The translations under genes were made by a program, and so were the position numbers. DNA of 64,000 nucleotides from contig JBHASY010000132.1 of the NCBI GenBank assembly GCA_041831635.1, forward strand, positions 3,853 to 67,852. Direction: 5' to 3'. Of this stretch, positions 31,376-41,033 are shown in pieces. Position 1 is the first letter of the stretch. Each line of letters starts with the position of its first letter. The notes beneath the pieces were generated by a model. It saw only the letters and a list, made by a program, of their open reading frames with translations, made no database searches and was not told the origin of the DNA. The stretch is from Acetoanaerobium sp. (GTDB lineage: Bacteria; Bacillota; Clostridia; Peptostreptococcales; Filifactoraceae).

Positions 31376-34300
31376 TTATGAGCCGGATACTTTAATCTTT
31401 TTTCCTTTATCTTTTTTCTTCCATAAATTTTTAAATCTCCTGTGTCCGCCATCAAATATCGTATACACTACAGGTATAAACGACAAGGTAAGCACTGTAG
31501 AAAGTGAAAGTCCTCCTACCACTACTATTGCGAGCGGTGCTATAGTGTTTGAGCCTTCTCCCAGTCCTATAGCCATAGGTAAAAGTCCCAAAACCGTAGT
31601 AAGTGTAGTCATCATTATAGGGCGAAATCTGTCCTTACCCGCCTTTATTATAGCATCGTTTCTTTGCATTGCTCCCGCCCTTAACTGATTTATATAGTCG
31701 ATTAGCACTATTGCATTATTTACAACTATTCCCGCCAGCATTATTATTCCTATAAATGCAGGTAGCGAGAGTGGTTTTCCTGTTATGAAAAGTCCTATAA
31801 ACCCTCCGGAAAGTGCAAATGGAACGCTCAGCATCACTGTAAACGGATGAAGTAGAGACTCAAACTGAGAAGCAAGTACCATATACACAATTACAAGCGA
31901 GAGCAAAAGTGCCAGAAATAATCCTGAAAATGCTTCCGCCATTTGTTCTTGCTGCCCTGCGAACTCATATGAGTATCCGTCGGGAAGAGGATATTTGTCC
32001 AGTTCCTTTTCTATATCCGCTACCACAGAACCCAAATCTCTTCCTGTGATATCCGAATTTACTGTAATTGTTCTAACCTGATCTATTCTTGCTATTTGTG
32101 TAGGAGAATTGTCAAATTCAATATCTGCAATCTGTCCTACCGTAACTTTTTTCCCCATTGATGTGAAGATTTCAACTTGCTTCATATTTTCTATAGAGTT
32201 TCTTGTACTCTCGTCAAGTGACACCATTACATCTATTTCGTCCTCGCCTGTTTTTAAAGTGGTCGCCTTTACTCCCTCTATAGAAGCTTTAAGTCCGTTT
32301 GCAACTTCCATTACACTTACTCCATACATTGATGCTCTGTTTCTGTCTACCACTATCCTGGCTTCAGGTTCTCCGTCTTCTACATCAAGTTTAACTCCTG
32401 TAGTTCCTGATACATCTCGTACTATATCTCTAAATTCAAGACCGATTTCTTCCAGAGTTTCGAGATTATCTCCCTTTATTACTATACTTATAGGACTTCC
32501 CTGATCTCCTCCTCCTGACATAGATGACGCTTCACTCACTTCTATCTTGGCTCCAGGTATGAGTTGTACCTTACTTCTGACTTCTTCCACCACTTCTTTT
32601 GTGCTTCTCTCTCTTTCATTACTGTCATTTAAATTTACCGTAATTTGAGATGAATTACTTGCAGTAAGAGAAAACTGCATTCCCGTGCTTCCTATATTTG
32701 AAAATACAGCTTCTTTTTCAGGTATTTCATCCACTATAGCCTCTACTTTTTTAACTATAACGTCCGTATCTTCCAAACTTGCTCCAAAAGGCATTTCGAT
32801 GTTTATTGTAAGGCTTCCCTCGTCTTCGGCAGGGAAAAACTCTGAGCCTACCATAGCTACTAACTGTACCGACAGTACCAGCAAAATAACTGCCAAAGCT
32901 ACCGAAATTTTCCTATAAATCAAGGCTTTCTTAAGCAGTAGCGAATATTTGTCTGCAACATAGTCTATCGCATTACTGAATATATCAAAAATCTTGGCAA
33001 AACTAAATCCTTTTTTTCTTTCTTTTACTTCTCCTATCTTTAATATTTTTGCACTTAGCATAGGAACTACCGTAAGTGAAACTGCCAGAGATGATAAAAG
33101 TGAGAAAGTAACCGTATATGAAAGTTGTTTAAATATAATAGAAGTAAAACCCTCTACGAAGACTATCGGAAGAAACACGGCAATAGTTGTAAGTGTTGAC
33201 GCAAAAACAGCCATACCCACCTGCCTTGAACCTTCAATAGCCGCATTTTCTATCTCATAGCCCTCCTGCTCTACTAAACGATAGATATTTTCAAGCACTA
33301 CGATAGAGTTATCCACCAGCATTCCTATCCCAAGTGCCAACCCTCCAAGTGATATGAGGTTGATACTTAAATCTGCAAAATACATAAATGCAAATGTCGC
33401 TACTATAGATACTGGTATAGCTATACCTACAATAAATGTGGAGCGTAAATTTCTAAGGAAAAGAAATAAAATTATTATGGCAAGAAGTCCTCCTCCTACC
33501 GCACTGCTTACCACATTACTTATGGATTTATTTATAAACTCGCTTTGATCCATAGCCACTTGCATATCTATTTCAGGATACTCGGACTTTAATTTGTTTA
33601 TCTCAAGTACCACAGCCTCAGCGACCTTGACCGTATTTGCTACCGATTGTTTACTTACACTTAGAGAAATACTGCTATTTCCATTGTATCTGGACATAGA
33701 ATTTACATCTTTATATTTTTCCTCTACCAGCGCAATATCGTAAAGTCTTATAACCTCTCCGTTTCTAAGCGTAAGAGGAATATTTCTTATTTCGTCTACG
33801 GACTTAAATTCTCCTATAGTACGCACTATAAGCTCCTGATTCCCACGTTTGACTGTACCACCTGGAAGATTTAGGTTCTCACTTCTAAGCACGTTTTGAA
33901 TTTGCGATATGCTAAGTCCGTAACCTGATAGCTTTGCTTGATTCAGTTCTACTCTGATTTCCTTTTCTTTTCCTCCGGAAATCGAAACCGAAGCCACTCC
34001 GCTGAGTCTTTCTATTCTGCTGGATATCTCGTCTTCCACTATGCTTTGAAGCTTATCTATAGGCATTTCGGATGACATACTAAGTGATATTACAGGCATT
34101 GCATTAGGGTCTATTTTTAGCACTATAGGAGTTCCCGCCCCGTCGGGCAAAGCTCCTTTTATCATATCGACCTTTTCTCTCATTTCCAGTGCTGCAAAAT
34201 CCATATCAGTTCCATACTGAAACTGAACTACTACGATAGAGCTTCCCTGTCTGGAATATGAATAAATAGATTCCAAATCCGAAACTGTAGAAAGCACCTG

Positions 34301-34504
34301 TTCCAAAGGTTTCGTCACAAGAGTTTCGATTTCGGCAGGTGCAACTCCCGAATAATCTACGCTTACCACAGCTACAGGAACTTGTATTTCAGGATATAAG
34401 TTCACAGGCAATCTATATAGTGAAACAACTCCCAGAAGAACTGCTATCAGCATTAACATAATTGTCGTTACCGGTCTTTTAACCGACATTCCCGATACAA
34501 ACAT
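31376..34504 (-). CDS. RND efflux permease (AcrB/SwrC-like)
   Basis: SVKRPVT, GMLVDNSIVVLENI, GIVVNNAIVL, RFRPIMMT; 1042 aa. Confidence 0.95.
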   Translation of the reverse strand: MFVSGMSVKRPVTTIMLMLIAVLLGVVSLYRLPVNLYPEIQVPVAVVSVDYSGVAPAEIETLVTKPLEQVLSTVSDLESIYSYSRQGSSIVVVQFQYGTDMDFAALEMREKVDMIKGALPDGAGTPIVLKIDPNAMPVISLSMSSEMPIDKLQSIVEDEISSRIERLSGVASVSISGGKEKEIRVELNQAKLSGYGLSISQIQNVLRSENLNLPGGTVKRGNQELIVRTIGEFKSVDEIRNIPLTLRNGEVIRLYDIALVEEKYKDVNSMSRYNGNSSISLSVSKQSVANTVKVAEAVVLEINKLKSEYPEIDMQVAMDQSEFINKSISNVVSSAVGGGLLAIIILFLFLRNLRSTFIVGIAIPVSIVATFAFMYFADLSINLISLGGLALGIGMLVDNSIVVLENIYRLVEQEGYEIENAAIEGSRQVGMAVFASTLTTIAVFLPIVFVEGFTSIIFKQLSYTVTFSLLSSLAVSLTVVPMLSAKILKIGEVKERKKGFSFAKIFDIFSNAIDYVADKYSLLLKKALIYRKISVALAVILLVLSVQLVAMVGSEFFPAEDEGSLTINIEMPFGASLEDTDVIVKKVEAIVDEIPEKEAVFSNIGSTGMQFSLTASNSSQITVNLNDSNERERSTKEVVEEVRSKVQLIPGAKIEVSEASSMSGGGDQGSPISIVIKGDNLETLEEIGLEFRDIVRDVSGTTGVKLDVEDGEPEARIVVDRNRASMYGVSVMEVANGLKASIEGVKATTLKTGEDEIDVMVSLDESTRNSIENMKQVEIFTSMGKKVTVGQIADIEFDNSPTQIARIDQVRTITVNSDITGRDLGSVVADIEKELDKYPLPDGYSYEFAGQQEQMAEAFSGLFLALLLSLVIVYMVLASQFESLLHPFTVMLSVPFALSGGFIGLFITGKPLSLPAFIGIIMLAGIVVNNAIVLIDYINQLRAGAMQRNDAIIKAGKDRFRPIMMTTLTTVLGLLPMAIGLGEGSNTIAPLAIVVVGGLSLSTVLTLSFIPVVYTIFDGGHRRFKNLWKKKDKGKKIKVSGS

Positions 34505-34507
34505 ACT

Positions 34508-35665
34508 TTATTCCTCCTGCTTTGAAATGCTGACTAATGCCCCGTCCTCCAGGAAATTTTGCCCTTTTATGACGACATCCGTATCTGCATTTAAGCCTTC
34601 AATGATTTCTATCATCTTCCCGTTATCCAGTCCCGTTTTTACTTGGGTTAATTTTGCTCTGTCACCATCTTTTACATAGATGATTGTGTTTCCCTCTTTT
34701 ACCACCACAGCCTCAGATGGAATAGAAACCACTTGTTTTCTGGACTCTGTAGTTATATTTATCTGTGCAAACATACCTGCCTTTACCTGAGCAGACGGAT
34801 TTGAAACCAATATTTCTACAGGGTAAGTGAGTCCTCCCTGACTTGGCGGAAGAATCTCTTTTACCTTTCCTGACAAAATTACATCTCCGGCAGATTTAAC
34901 CTTTATGTCCATAGTTTCGCCTACAGAGAAATACTTAATCAAGTTTTCCGACACATCTACCTTCATAATGAGATTTGATAAATTTGAAATCTGAACTGCC
35001 TGTCCACCTCCAAATACATTGCCCTCAGTCACATTTACAGCCACTACGGTTCCACTTATAGGAGCGGTAACCGTGAAATCCGTCAACGCTATATTTGCAT
35101 CTGAAAGACTTCCTGCAGCCGTATCTACAGCAAGTTGAGCCTGATAATACTGTGCTTTTGCAAGCTCCACACCAATAGGAGAGGCTGCAAGTTCTGCCTG
35201 CTCCAGCTGAGTAAGAGGTATTGCTCCTGCTTCGTAAAGTTGCTTGCTTCTTTCGTAATTCAGTACGGCATTGTTATACTGTTGCTCGGCTCTTTCCACA
35301 GAAATCCTAGCAGTTTCTGCCGCCGCTTTTGCATTTTCCACAGCAGCTGTCGCATTTCTCACTGCCGACTGGGCATTTTGCGAGTCTAAAGTAAAAAGCA
35401 CCTGCCCTTTGCTCACTACCTGACCTTCTTTTATAGTAACACTAGTTACCTTTCCCATAACTTTCGGAATTACATACACTTCGTCGGAAGCTTTAAAAGT
35501 CCCCGATATAGTAGTTTCAACCGATATATCTTCCAGAGAGGACTTAGTAACCTCGACTGTTATACTCTTCTCTTCTTCGACAGTTTGCTCGACTTCTTTC
35601 GTGCAACCTGAAAGTGCGAGCGAAAGTATTAAAATACCTGAAAGCAAATACCTGAATTTATTCAT
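34508..35665 (-). CDS. RND periplasmic adaptor (MFP) lipoprotein
   Basis: Lipobox LSGC; lipoyl-like G.V..GQVL, helical hairpin, APISGTV, AGMFA. Confidence 0.92.
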   Translation of the reverse strand: MNKFRYLLSGILILSLALSGCTKEVEQTVEEEKSITVEVTKSSLEDISVETTISGTFKASDEVYVIPKVMGKVTSVTIKEGQVVSKGQVLFTLDSQNAQSAVRNATAAVENAKAAAETARISVERAEQQYNNAVLNYERSKQLYEAGAIPLTQLEQAELAASPIGVELAKAQYYQAQLAVDTAAGSLSDANIALTDFTVTAPISGTVVAVNVTEGNVFGGGQAVQISNLSNLIMKVDVSENLIKYFSVGETMDIKVKSAGDVILSGKVKEILPPSQGGLTYPVEILVSNPSAQVKAGMFAQINITTESRKQVVSIPSEAVVVKEGNTIIYVKDGDRAKLTQVKTGLDNGKMIEIIEGLNADTDVVIKGQNFLEDGALVSISKQEE

Positions 35666-35742
35666 AAATCTCCTCCTGTAGAATTTAAAATACTGATTTA
35701 TTGCCCTGCTGTAAATATTTTAAAATAAAGCTTAATATATTA

Positions 35743-36354
35743 TCAAGCTTTACTTCTTAAACCGTTTAGAAAAATATCTATGGCCGACTTTACATCCTCT
35801 TTTATGTTCACATCATCTCTTATCCCGTGTATATGTTCCATAAAAATAACAAACATCATCCCCGAAAAATATCTTACGCTGCTTCTGGTATCTATATCAA
35901 TTCTAAATCCCCCTCTCTCAAAAAAGTTATCAAAAGATTTTGTAAGCAAATCGCTAACCTTTTCTCCGATTTCTTTTCTGAACAATTCTTTAATCTCGTC
36001 GTGAAACGAAAGTTCATTTATAAATATCATAATGATCTTCTTATGTTCCTGCATAAGTTTGTACCTGCTTATCACAAGTTCGTACAAAAACTTTTCTATA
36101 GGCTCTTCTTTGTATTTTTCTGAAAGTTGCACTATAGGTTCTATCGCCATATCTTTCGCAAACATTTTTATTCCGTAAGTTGCTATATATATGAGCAAAT
36201 CTTTCTTCGTGGCAAAATATCTGAAAATAGTTCCCTCCGAAACTTCAGCTTTTCTTGCTATCTCACCTGTGGACGTGGCTGAATAGCCTTTCTCACAAAA
36301 CAGTTCACAAGCCGCAGATGCTATCTTACATTTCGTCTGCTCGGATTTTTTCAC
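35743..36354 (-). CDS. TetR/AcrR family regulator
   Basis: [39 protein letters not shown]. Confidence 0.95.
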   Translation of the reverse strand: MKKSEQTKCKIASAACELFCEKGYSATSTGEIARKAEVSEGTIFRYFATKKDLLIYIATYGIKMFAKDMAIEPIVQLSEKYKEEPIEKFLYELVISRYKLMQEHKKIIMIFINELSFHDEIKELFRKEIGEKVSDLLTKSFDNFFERGGFRIDIDTRSSVRYFSGMMFVIFMEHIHGIRDDVNIKEDVKSAIDIFLNGLRSKA

Positions 36355-36390
36355 GTAATCAACTGCCTTTCAAGTAATAATCATAAAATA

Positions 36391-36412
36391 AAAAAGTGAG
36401 TGCTCACTTTTT
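36391..36412. promoter_or_regulatory. Probable TetR operator
   Basis: Palindrome AAAAAGTGAG-TG-CTCACTTTTT about 37 nt upstream of tetR start. Confidence 0.7.
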
Positions 36413-36524
36413 GAATCGTTTTCTCTATTCTACACCTTGCGTTTAATAATATCAAGTGTTACAATTACGAAAAAACAGGCATATTTGCCTGATAAAAATA
36501 CTTCACAGATAGGAGAAAAACTTT

Positions 36525-37181
36525 ATGACAAAGAAATATTTCAATCCGGGATGTGCCTTAAGCATTTATAAACCTGAAATGGAAAATAAACTATTGGATT
36601 TCCTTAACAAAAACTACGCAGAAACAAAGATGCACAAAATATGCTGCAAACATGACCCTCAGCTTGAAAAAGGTTCGCTGATTATCAATGTCTGTGCCGG
36701 ATGTGACAGACGTTTTCGAAGTCTGTATGAAGGGATTTCAACGATCTCTGTCTGGGAGGTTTTAGACAATTTGGATACGTTCTCATATCCTAACTACAAA
36801 GGATTGAAAATGTCAGTGCATGATGCCTGTCCCGTTCGTGAAAAGCCTCAGGTGCATCAGGCTGTACGTAATATTCTTGCTAAAATGAATATTAGCGTTG
36901 TTGAAACTGAATTTCACGGCACGAGATCTATATGTTGTGGAGATGATTTTTATCCTCACCTTCCGATTGAACAGGTACATCAACAAATGAAAAAAAGGGC
37001 GGAATCTATGCCTTGCGATGAAGTTTGTGTGTACTGCGTTTCTTGCATCAAATCTATGTATATAGGAGGTAAATCTCCAAGACATCTTATAGACCTCATA
37101 ATGGAAGAGTCAACTTCTCCTCAAATATACGACACTGTTCAGTGGCACAAACAATTACAGGATTATATTGATGAGCATTAA
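36525..37181 (+). CDS. CCG-domain Fe-S binding protein
   Basis: FNPGC..CC..CAGC and HDACP..CCG..YCVSC cysteine-rich domains. Confidence 0.82.
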   Translation: MTKKYFNPGCALSIYKPEMENKLLDFLNKNYAETKMHKICCKHDPQLEKGSLIINVCAGCDRRFRSLYEGISTISVWEVLDNLDTFSYPNYKGLKMSVHDACPVREKPQVHQAVRNILAKMNISVVETEFHGTRSICCGDDFYPHLPIEQVHQQMKKRAESMPCDEVCVYCVSCIKSMYIGGKSPRHLIDLIMEESTSPQIYDTVQWHKQLQDYIDEH

Positions 37182-37210
37182 AAAACACTGTGTCCATAGT
37201 CGAAAATTTT

Positions 37211-37591
37211 CTAAATAAAAATGTCGCATTGAAAATATTTCAATGCGACAAACTCGGTTGTGGCTGTGTCTATATTGTCATTTATAGCTATAAATCTGAC
37301 ATTATGTTTTGGAAAAAACTCCGTTGTATAAATGCCTATATAAAGATGATTTCTTCCAAATCCGGATAGATCTTTTACAATTACTGTTCCTATTTCTCCG
37401 TTTGCAACCTTTGTTATCATATTTATCTCTTATTGTTAGAAAATCAAAGTTATATGAATCTTTATTTCCATATAAGTAAGTTCTTTGTCGATACTCTCTT
37501 TTCTTTCGATAAAATTAAGTTTTGTAAGTTTACCAAGTTTGTACTTTTCAAAAGAGGTGAATGCTGTCTCCAAGGATAATCTGTGTTCTTG
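37211..37591 (-). pseudogene. Fragments of large serine recombinases
   Basis: 37211-37420 GEIGTVIVKDLSGFGRN..VRFIAINDNIDT (degenerate KDLSRFGRN); 37435-37591 FEKYKLGKLTKLNFIERK resembles a recombinase C-terminal coil. Confidence 0.75.
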
Positions 37592-37747
37592 CCTTTAATA
37601 AAGCGTTTACTTCCTTTTATGTTAGGTGTTGGAAACACCTCCCATCAGCACATACATATCTAATTTGAAAACAGCCTCAAAGTCGTTTATCTAAATATAA
37701 TAATTTAGATTGTATCATTGCTTTCGAACCCAGGTATGCATCACTTG

Positions 37748-37859
37748 CTTGAATTTATACTCTAAGTGCAACAATTAAATAATGAACCATATCCTTGGGT
37801 TTAGAACACCATATGAAGTTTATTATTCAACTGTGTTGCATTTAGTTTGACAATTCAAG
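37748..37859 (+). mobile_element. 112-bp internally deleted IS30-family element (MITE-like)
   Basis: 26-bp terminal IRs CTTGAATTTATACTCTAAGTGCAACA and (reverse complement) CTTGAATTGTCAAACTAAATGCAACA, 20/26 match; interior encodes LGFRTPYEV..VLHLV*, an IS30 transposase-like C-terminus. Confidence 0.8.
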
Positions 37860-37911
37860 AACTTAAAACACAAAAGACTGCCGATGTATTTACTATCTGT
37901 TATTCACTATG

Positions 37912-38790
37912 TTACTTTGACGTATATGCCTTAGCAAACTCTTCATAGGAAACAGGTGCCATAGCAAGTGTCTTTTGCCCTGTACTTGAAGTGTCTTTTA
38001 GGAGCAAAATTTTTCTTCCGTTATAAGTGAGTTCTTCCATATTAAAATTTCCGCTTAATACATCTGAACTTATAGCAACCGAATTTGCATTTACAGTATA
38101 TGTCCCTTTGCCTGACGTTCCTGATGTAATGGACTTTATGTCCATATCCATAGAGCTGTTAAACTGAATTGCAAATCTTTGCTTATTTAGGTTTTCAGCC
38201 ACATAAGTTCCTGCAAGTGCATTTGATTTTGGTGCTGTATCTTTTACAGGAGCAGTTATAGTCGGATTTGTAGGCGCTACAGGTGGAGTTACCACAGGGG
38301 GTGTAACAGGATCTACTGTAGGTATGGTAGGCTGAAATATGTCAGGTGCAAACCCTGTAGATACATACGCTACATAATTAACCGGGTCCCACGCTACACT
38401 CGAGCCTAAATATGATGATGCAAAAGCAAGAGGAACCATAGTCCTGCCGTTTATAATCTGAACCGGAGTATCCATAGTAACCGACTTTCCATTTACCTTG
38501 GCTTCTTTTTTATTTATAAATAACTCTACACTTAAATCTCCTTTTACACCTGTTACTTTCTGCTGAGGTTCGTCCCAAGCAACCGTAGCTCCCAGTGCTG
38601 AAAATAAGGCGTTAAAAGGAACCATAGTTCTGCTGTTTCTAATCACTGCAGGCTGGTCGCTCATAAGTGGAACTCCATCTACAAATATCTGCACGGTAGA
38701 CGGTGCTGCAAAAGTGGTAACTGTCATAACCAAACTGAACAAAGCTAAAAATACAATTATCAAAATAGACTGTTTTAATCTTTCCATCAT
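37912..38790 (-). CDS. Secreted copper-amine-oxidase N-terminal (stalk) domain protein with Pro/Thr linker
   Basis: Signal peptide; RTMVP..LGATVAWD and GRTMVPL..LGSSVAWD; PTIPTVDPVTPPVVTPP linker. Confidence 0.85.
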   Translation of the reverse strand: MMERLKQSILIIVFLALFSLVMTVTTFAAPSTVQIFVDGVPLMSDQPAVIRNSRTMVPFNALFSALGATVAWDEPQQKVTGVKGDLSVELFINKKEAKVNGKSVTMDTPVQIINGRTMVPLAFASSYLGSSVAWDPVNYVAYVSTGFAPDIFQPTIPTVDPVTPPVVTPPVAPTNPTITAPVKDTAPKSNALAGTYVAENLNKQRFAIQFNSSMDMDIKSITSGTSGKGTYTVNANSVAISSDVLSGNFNMEELTYNGRKILLLKDTSSTGQKTLAMAPVSYEEFAKAYTSK

Positions 38791-38897
38791 AACCTCCTAT
38801 AAGTTTTACTCAAAACATTTTACATTATAAAATTGTGAACCACCCATTGTCTAAACCCTACAGGATTACGGTGGCCATATTTTCAAAAATTTAAACA

Positions 38898-38925
38898 AAA
38901 AGAGAGTAAATATTTACTCTCTTTT
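38898..38925. terminator. Perfect 28-bp palindrome, probable terminator of ABC operon
   Basis: AAAAGAGAGTAAAT-ATTTACTCTCTTTT. Confidence 0.75.
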
Positions 38926-39009
38926 ACACTTTATCATTATAAAACAAATATACTATATTTGTGTTACAAATTGATAACTAAGTCAAAATATTTTCTTTGC
39001 AAAATCCGT

Positions 39010-40215
39010 CTATTCGTAGCGAAGTGCGTCTATAGGGTCGAGTTTTGCGGCTCTGTTCGCCGGATATATCCCGAAGAACACACCCACAACTGCCGAAAAC
39101 AACACGGCGACGATTATAATTCCAGGAGAAACCACAGGCGGAACATCCAAGACAATCGACACTACGGATGCGAGAGCCAGTCCAAGTGCAGTTCCTATTA
39201 TCCCTCCTGTTGCCGACACTATCATAGACTCGACTAAAAACTGAAGCAAAATATCTTTTCGCCTTGCCCCGAGCGATTTTCTTATACCTATCTCCTTAGT
39301 TCTTTCAGTTACTGAAACCAGCATTATGTTCATAATTCCTATCCCGCCTACCACAAGTGAGATGGCAGCTATCGCTCCTATCGCAAGAGAAAGAGTTCCC
39401 AGTACTTGGTCTATGGTATTTTGTTCTCCTTGAGTTGTATTAACTCTGTAAAATCCGGTTTCACGATTTTTCATTCTCGATAAAAAATCCGCTATTCGGT
39501 TTCCTACTTCAATAGATGATTTCGACTCGTCTATCTTCATATCAAGCTGTCCCATATAAGTAAGCTGAGATGGAAAAACCGAGTACGGCATATACATTGT
39601 AGTGCTGTCTGATTTCATCATTGCATCAAAGATAGATTTTTCCTTTTCGTATATGCCTATTATTTTGGAGTCCGCCGGCTGACCGTCCACAGATATTCTG
39701 ACAGTCTTTCCTATGGCATCTTCTCCCGGAAAAAGTTCATCAGCCATAACCTTGTCAACTACGCTTACATATCTTCTGGATTTAATATCTCCCTCAGAAA
39801 GAAATCTCCCTTTGACGATATTTACATTGACCATTTCGGTATATCCGCTTCCGACTCCGGATATGTCGACCTTAGCCTTTTTTCTTTTGTTTATCGCTTC
39901 ACTTGAACTGTAAGTCGAAGGTTCTAAATAAACTATATCTTCCCTATATCTCGCTTTTACCTTTTCAATATCTTCCATAAAGAAAAAATCTGAATCTCTT
40001 AACTCTTCGGAATAAGGTAAAAATATTATTACTCTGCCTTTACCGAATGCTTCAAACTCTTTGCCTATTACAGCTTTAGAAGTTTCTCCAAGCGATGCTA
40101 TAGTAATAACCGAAGATATCCCTATTATTATCCCGAGCATGGTCAAAAAAGACCTCATTTTATTCGCCTTTATACTGGATAGGGCGAGTTTTATGTTTTC
40201 TATTATAAGTAACAT
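39010..40215 (-). CDS. MacB/FtsX-type ABC permease
   Basis: NKMRSFLTMLGIIIG, GGIGIMNIMLVSVTERTKEIGIRKSLGA, PANRAAKLDPIDALRYE. Confidence 0.95.
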   Translation of the reverse strand: MLLIIENIKLALSSIKANKMRSFLTMLGIIIGISSVITIASLGETSKAVIGKEFEAFGKGRVIIFLPYSEELRDSDFFFMEDIEKVKARYREDIVYLEPSTYSSSEAINKRKKAKVDISGVGSGYTEMVNVNIVKGRFLSEGDIKSRRYVSVVDKVMADELFPGEDAIGKTVRISVDGQPADSKIIGIYEKEKSIFDAMMKSDSTTMYMPYSVFPSQLTYMGQLDMKIDESKSSIEVGNRIADFLSRMKNRETGFYRVNTTQGEQNTIDQVLGTLSLAIGAIAAISLVVGGIGIMNIMLVSVTERTKEIGIRKSLGARRKDILLQFLVESMIVSATGGIIGTALGLALASVVSIVLDVPPVVSPGIIIVAVLFSAVVGVFFGIYPANRAAKLDPIDALRYE

Positions 40216-40218
40216 TTT

Positions 40219-40932
40219 CTACCTTCTTTCATCACTTACTATCTGCCCGTCTCTGAAAGTAACTATTCTGTCAGTATACTCCGCTATATCTCTTTCGTGA
40301 GTAACAATTATGACACTCTTACCCTCTTCGTTCAGATTTCTGAATATCTCCATTATCTCTATACTCGACTTTGTGTCCAGATTTCCTGTAGGCTCGTCCG
40401 CAAGCATTATAGGAGGTTCGTTCGCAAGTGCCCTTGCTATAGCGACTCTTTGCCTTTGTCCTCCCGAGAGTTCATTGGGCATATGGTCTATCCTCTCTCC
40501 AAGTCCCACTTTTTCAAGCAATCGCTTCGCTCTTTCGTGTCTGTCATTTGCATTCATTTTTGCGTATATCATAGGAAGCTCGACATTTTTTACTGCCGAA
40601 GTTCTGGGAATCAGATTAAACGACTGAAACACGAAACCTATCTTTTGATTTCTTATATACGAGAGTTCGTCTTCTGTTTTTTCCTTTATGTCTATACCTT
40701 CTAAAAAATAATTCCCTTTAGTAGGTCTGTCCAGACAGCCTACTATATTCATAAGAGTTGACTTTCCCGAACCTGAAGTTCCCATTATAGATATAAATTC
40801 GCCTTTTTCTATGACTAAATCTATTCCTCTTAACGCCTGAACCTCCACGCTTCCCATAGTATAAATCTTATATAATCCCTTAAGCTCCAGCAATACATCC
40901 TGAGAGCTTTTGCTTTCAAATGAAGTTTGCAT
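40219..40932 (-). CDS. ABC transporter ATP-binding protein (MacB/LolD type)
   Basis: GTSGSGKST, LSGGQRQR, LADEPTGNLD, VTH. Confidence 0.96.
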   Translation of the reverse strand: MQTSFESKSSQDVLLELKGLYKIYTMGSVEVQALRGIDLVIEKGEFISIMGTSGSGKSTLMNIVGCLDRPTKGNYFLEGIDIKEKTEDELSYIRNQKIGFVFQSFNLIPRTSAVKNVELPMIYAKMNANDRHERAKRLLEKVGLGERIDHMPNELSGGQRQRVAIARALANEPPIMLADEPTGNLDTKSSIEIMEIFRNLNEEGKSVIIVTHERDIAEYTDRIVTFRDGQIVSDERR

Positions 40933-41033
40933 AAATTTCTCCTTACCGAATATACTTGCTTAATATAAATACTGTTTATCTTTGTCAGGCGGAATTTACA
41001 GCTTTCCTGCTCTTAACGCTTTTATTTTCGTAT

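Noticed and set aside
38830-38880. GC-richer leader resembling the second stem of a c-di-GMP-I riboswitch
   Set aside because: Lacks the GGCAAAC/GNRA first stem and GCCAG; better explained as a SigA promoter TAGACA-N18-TATAAT
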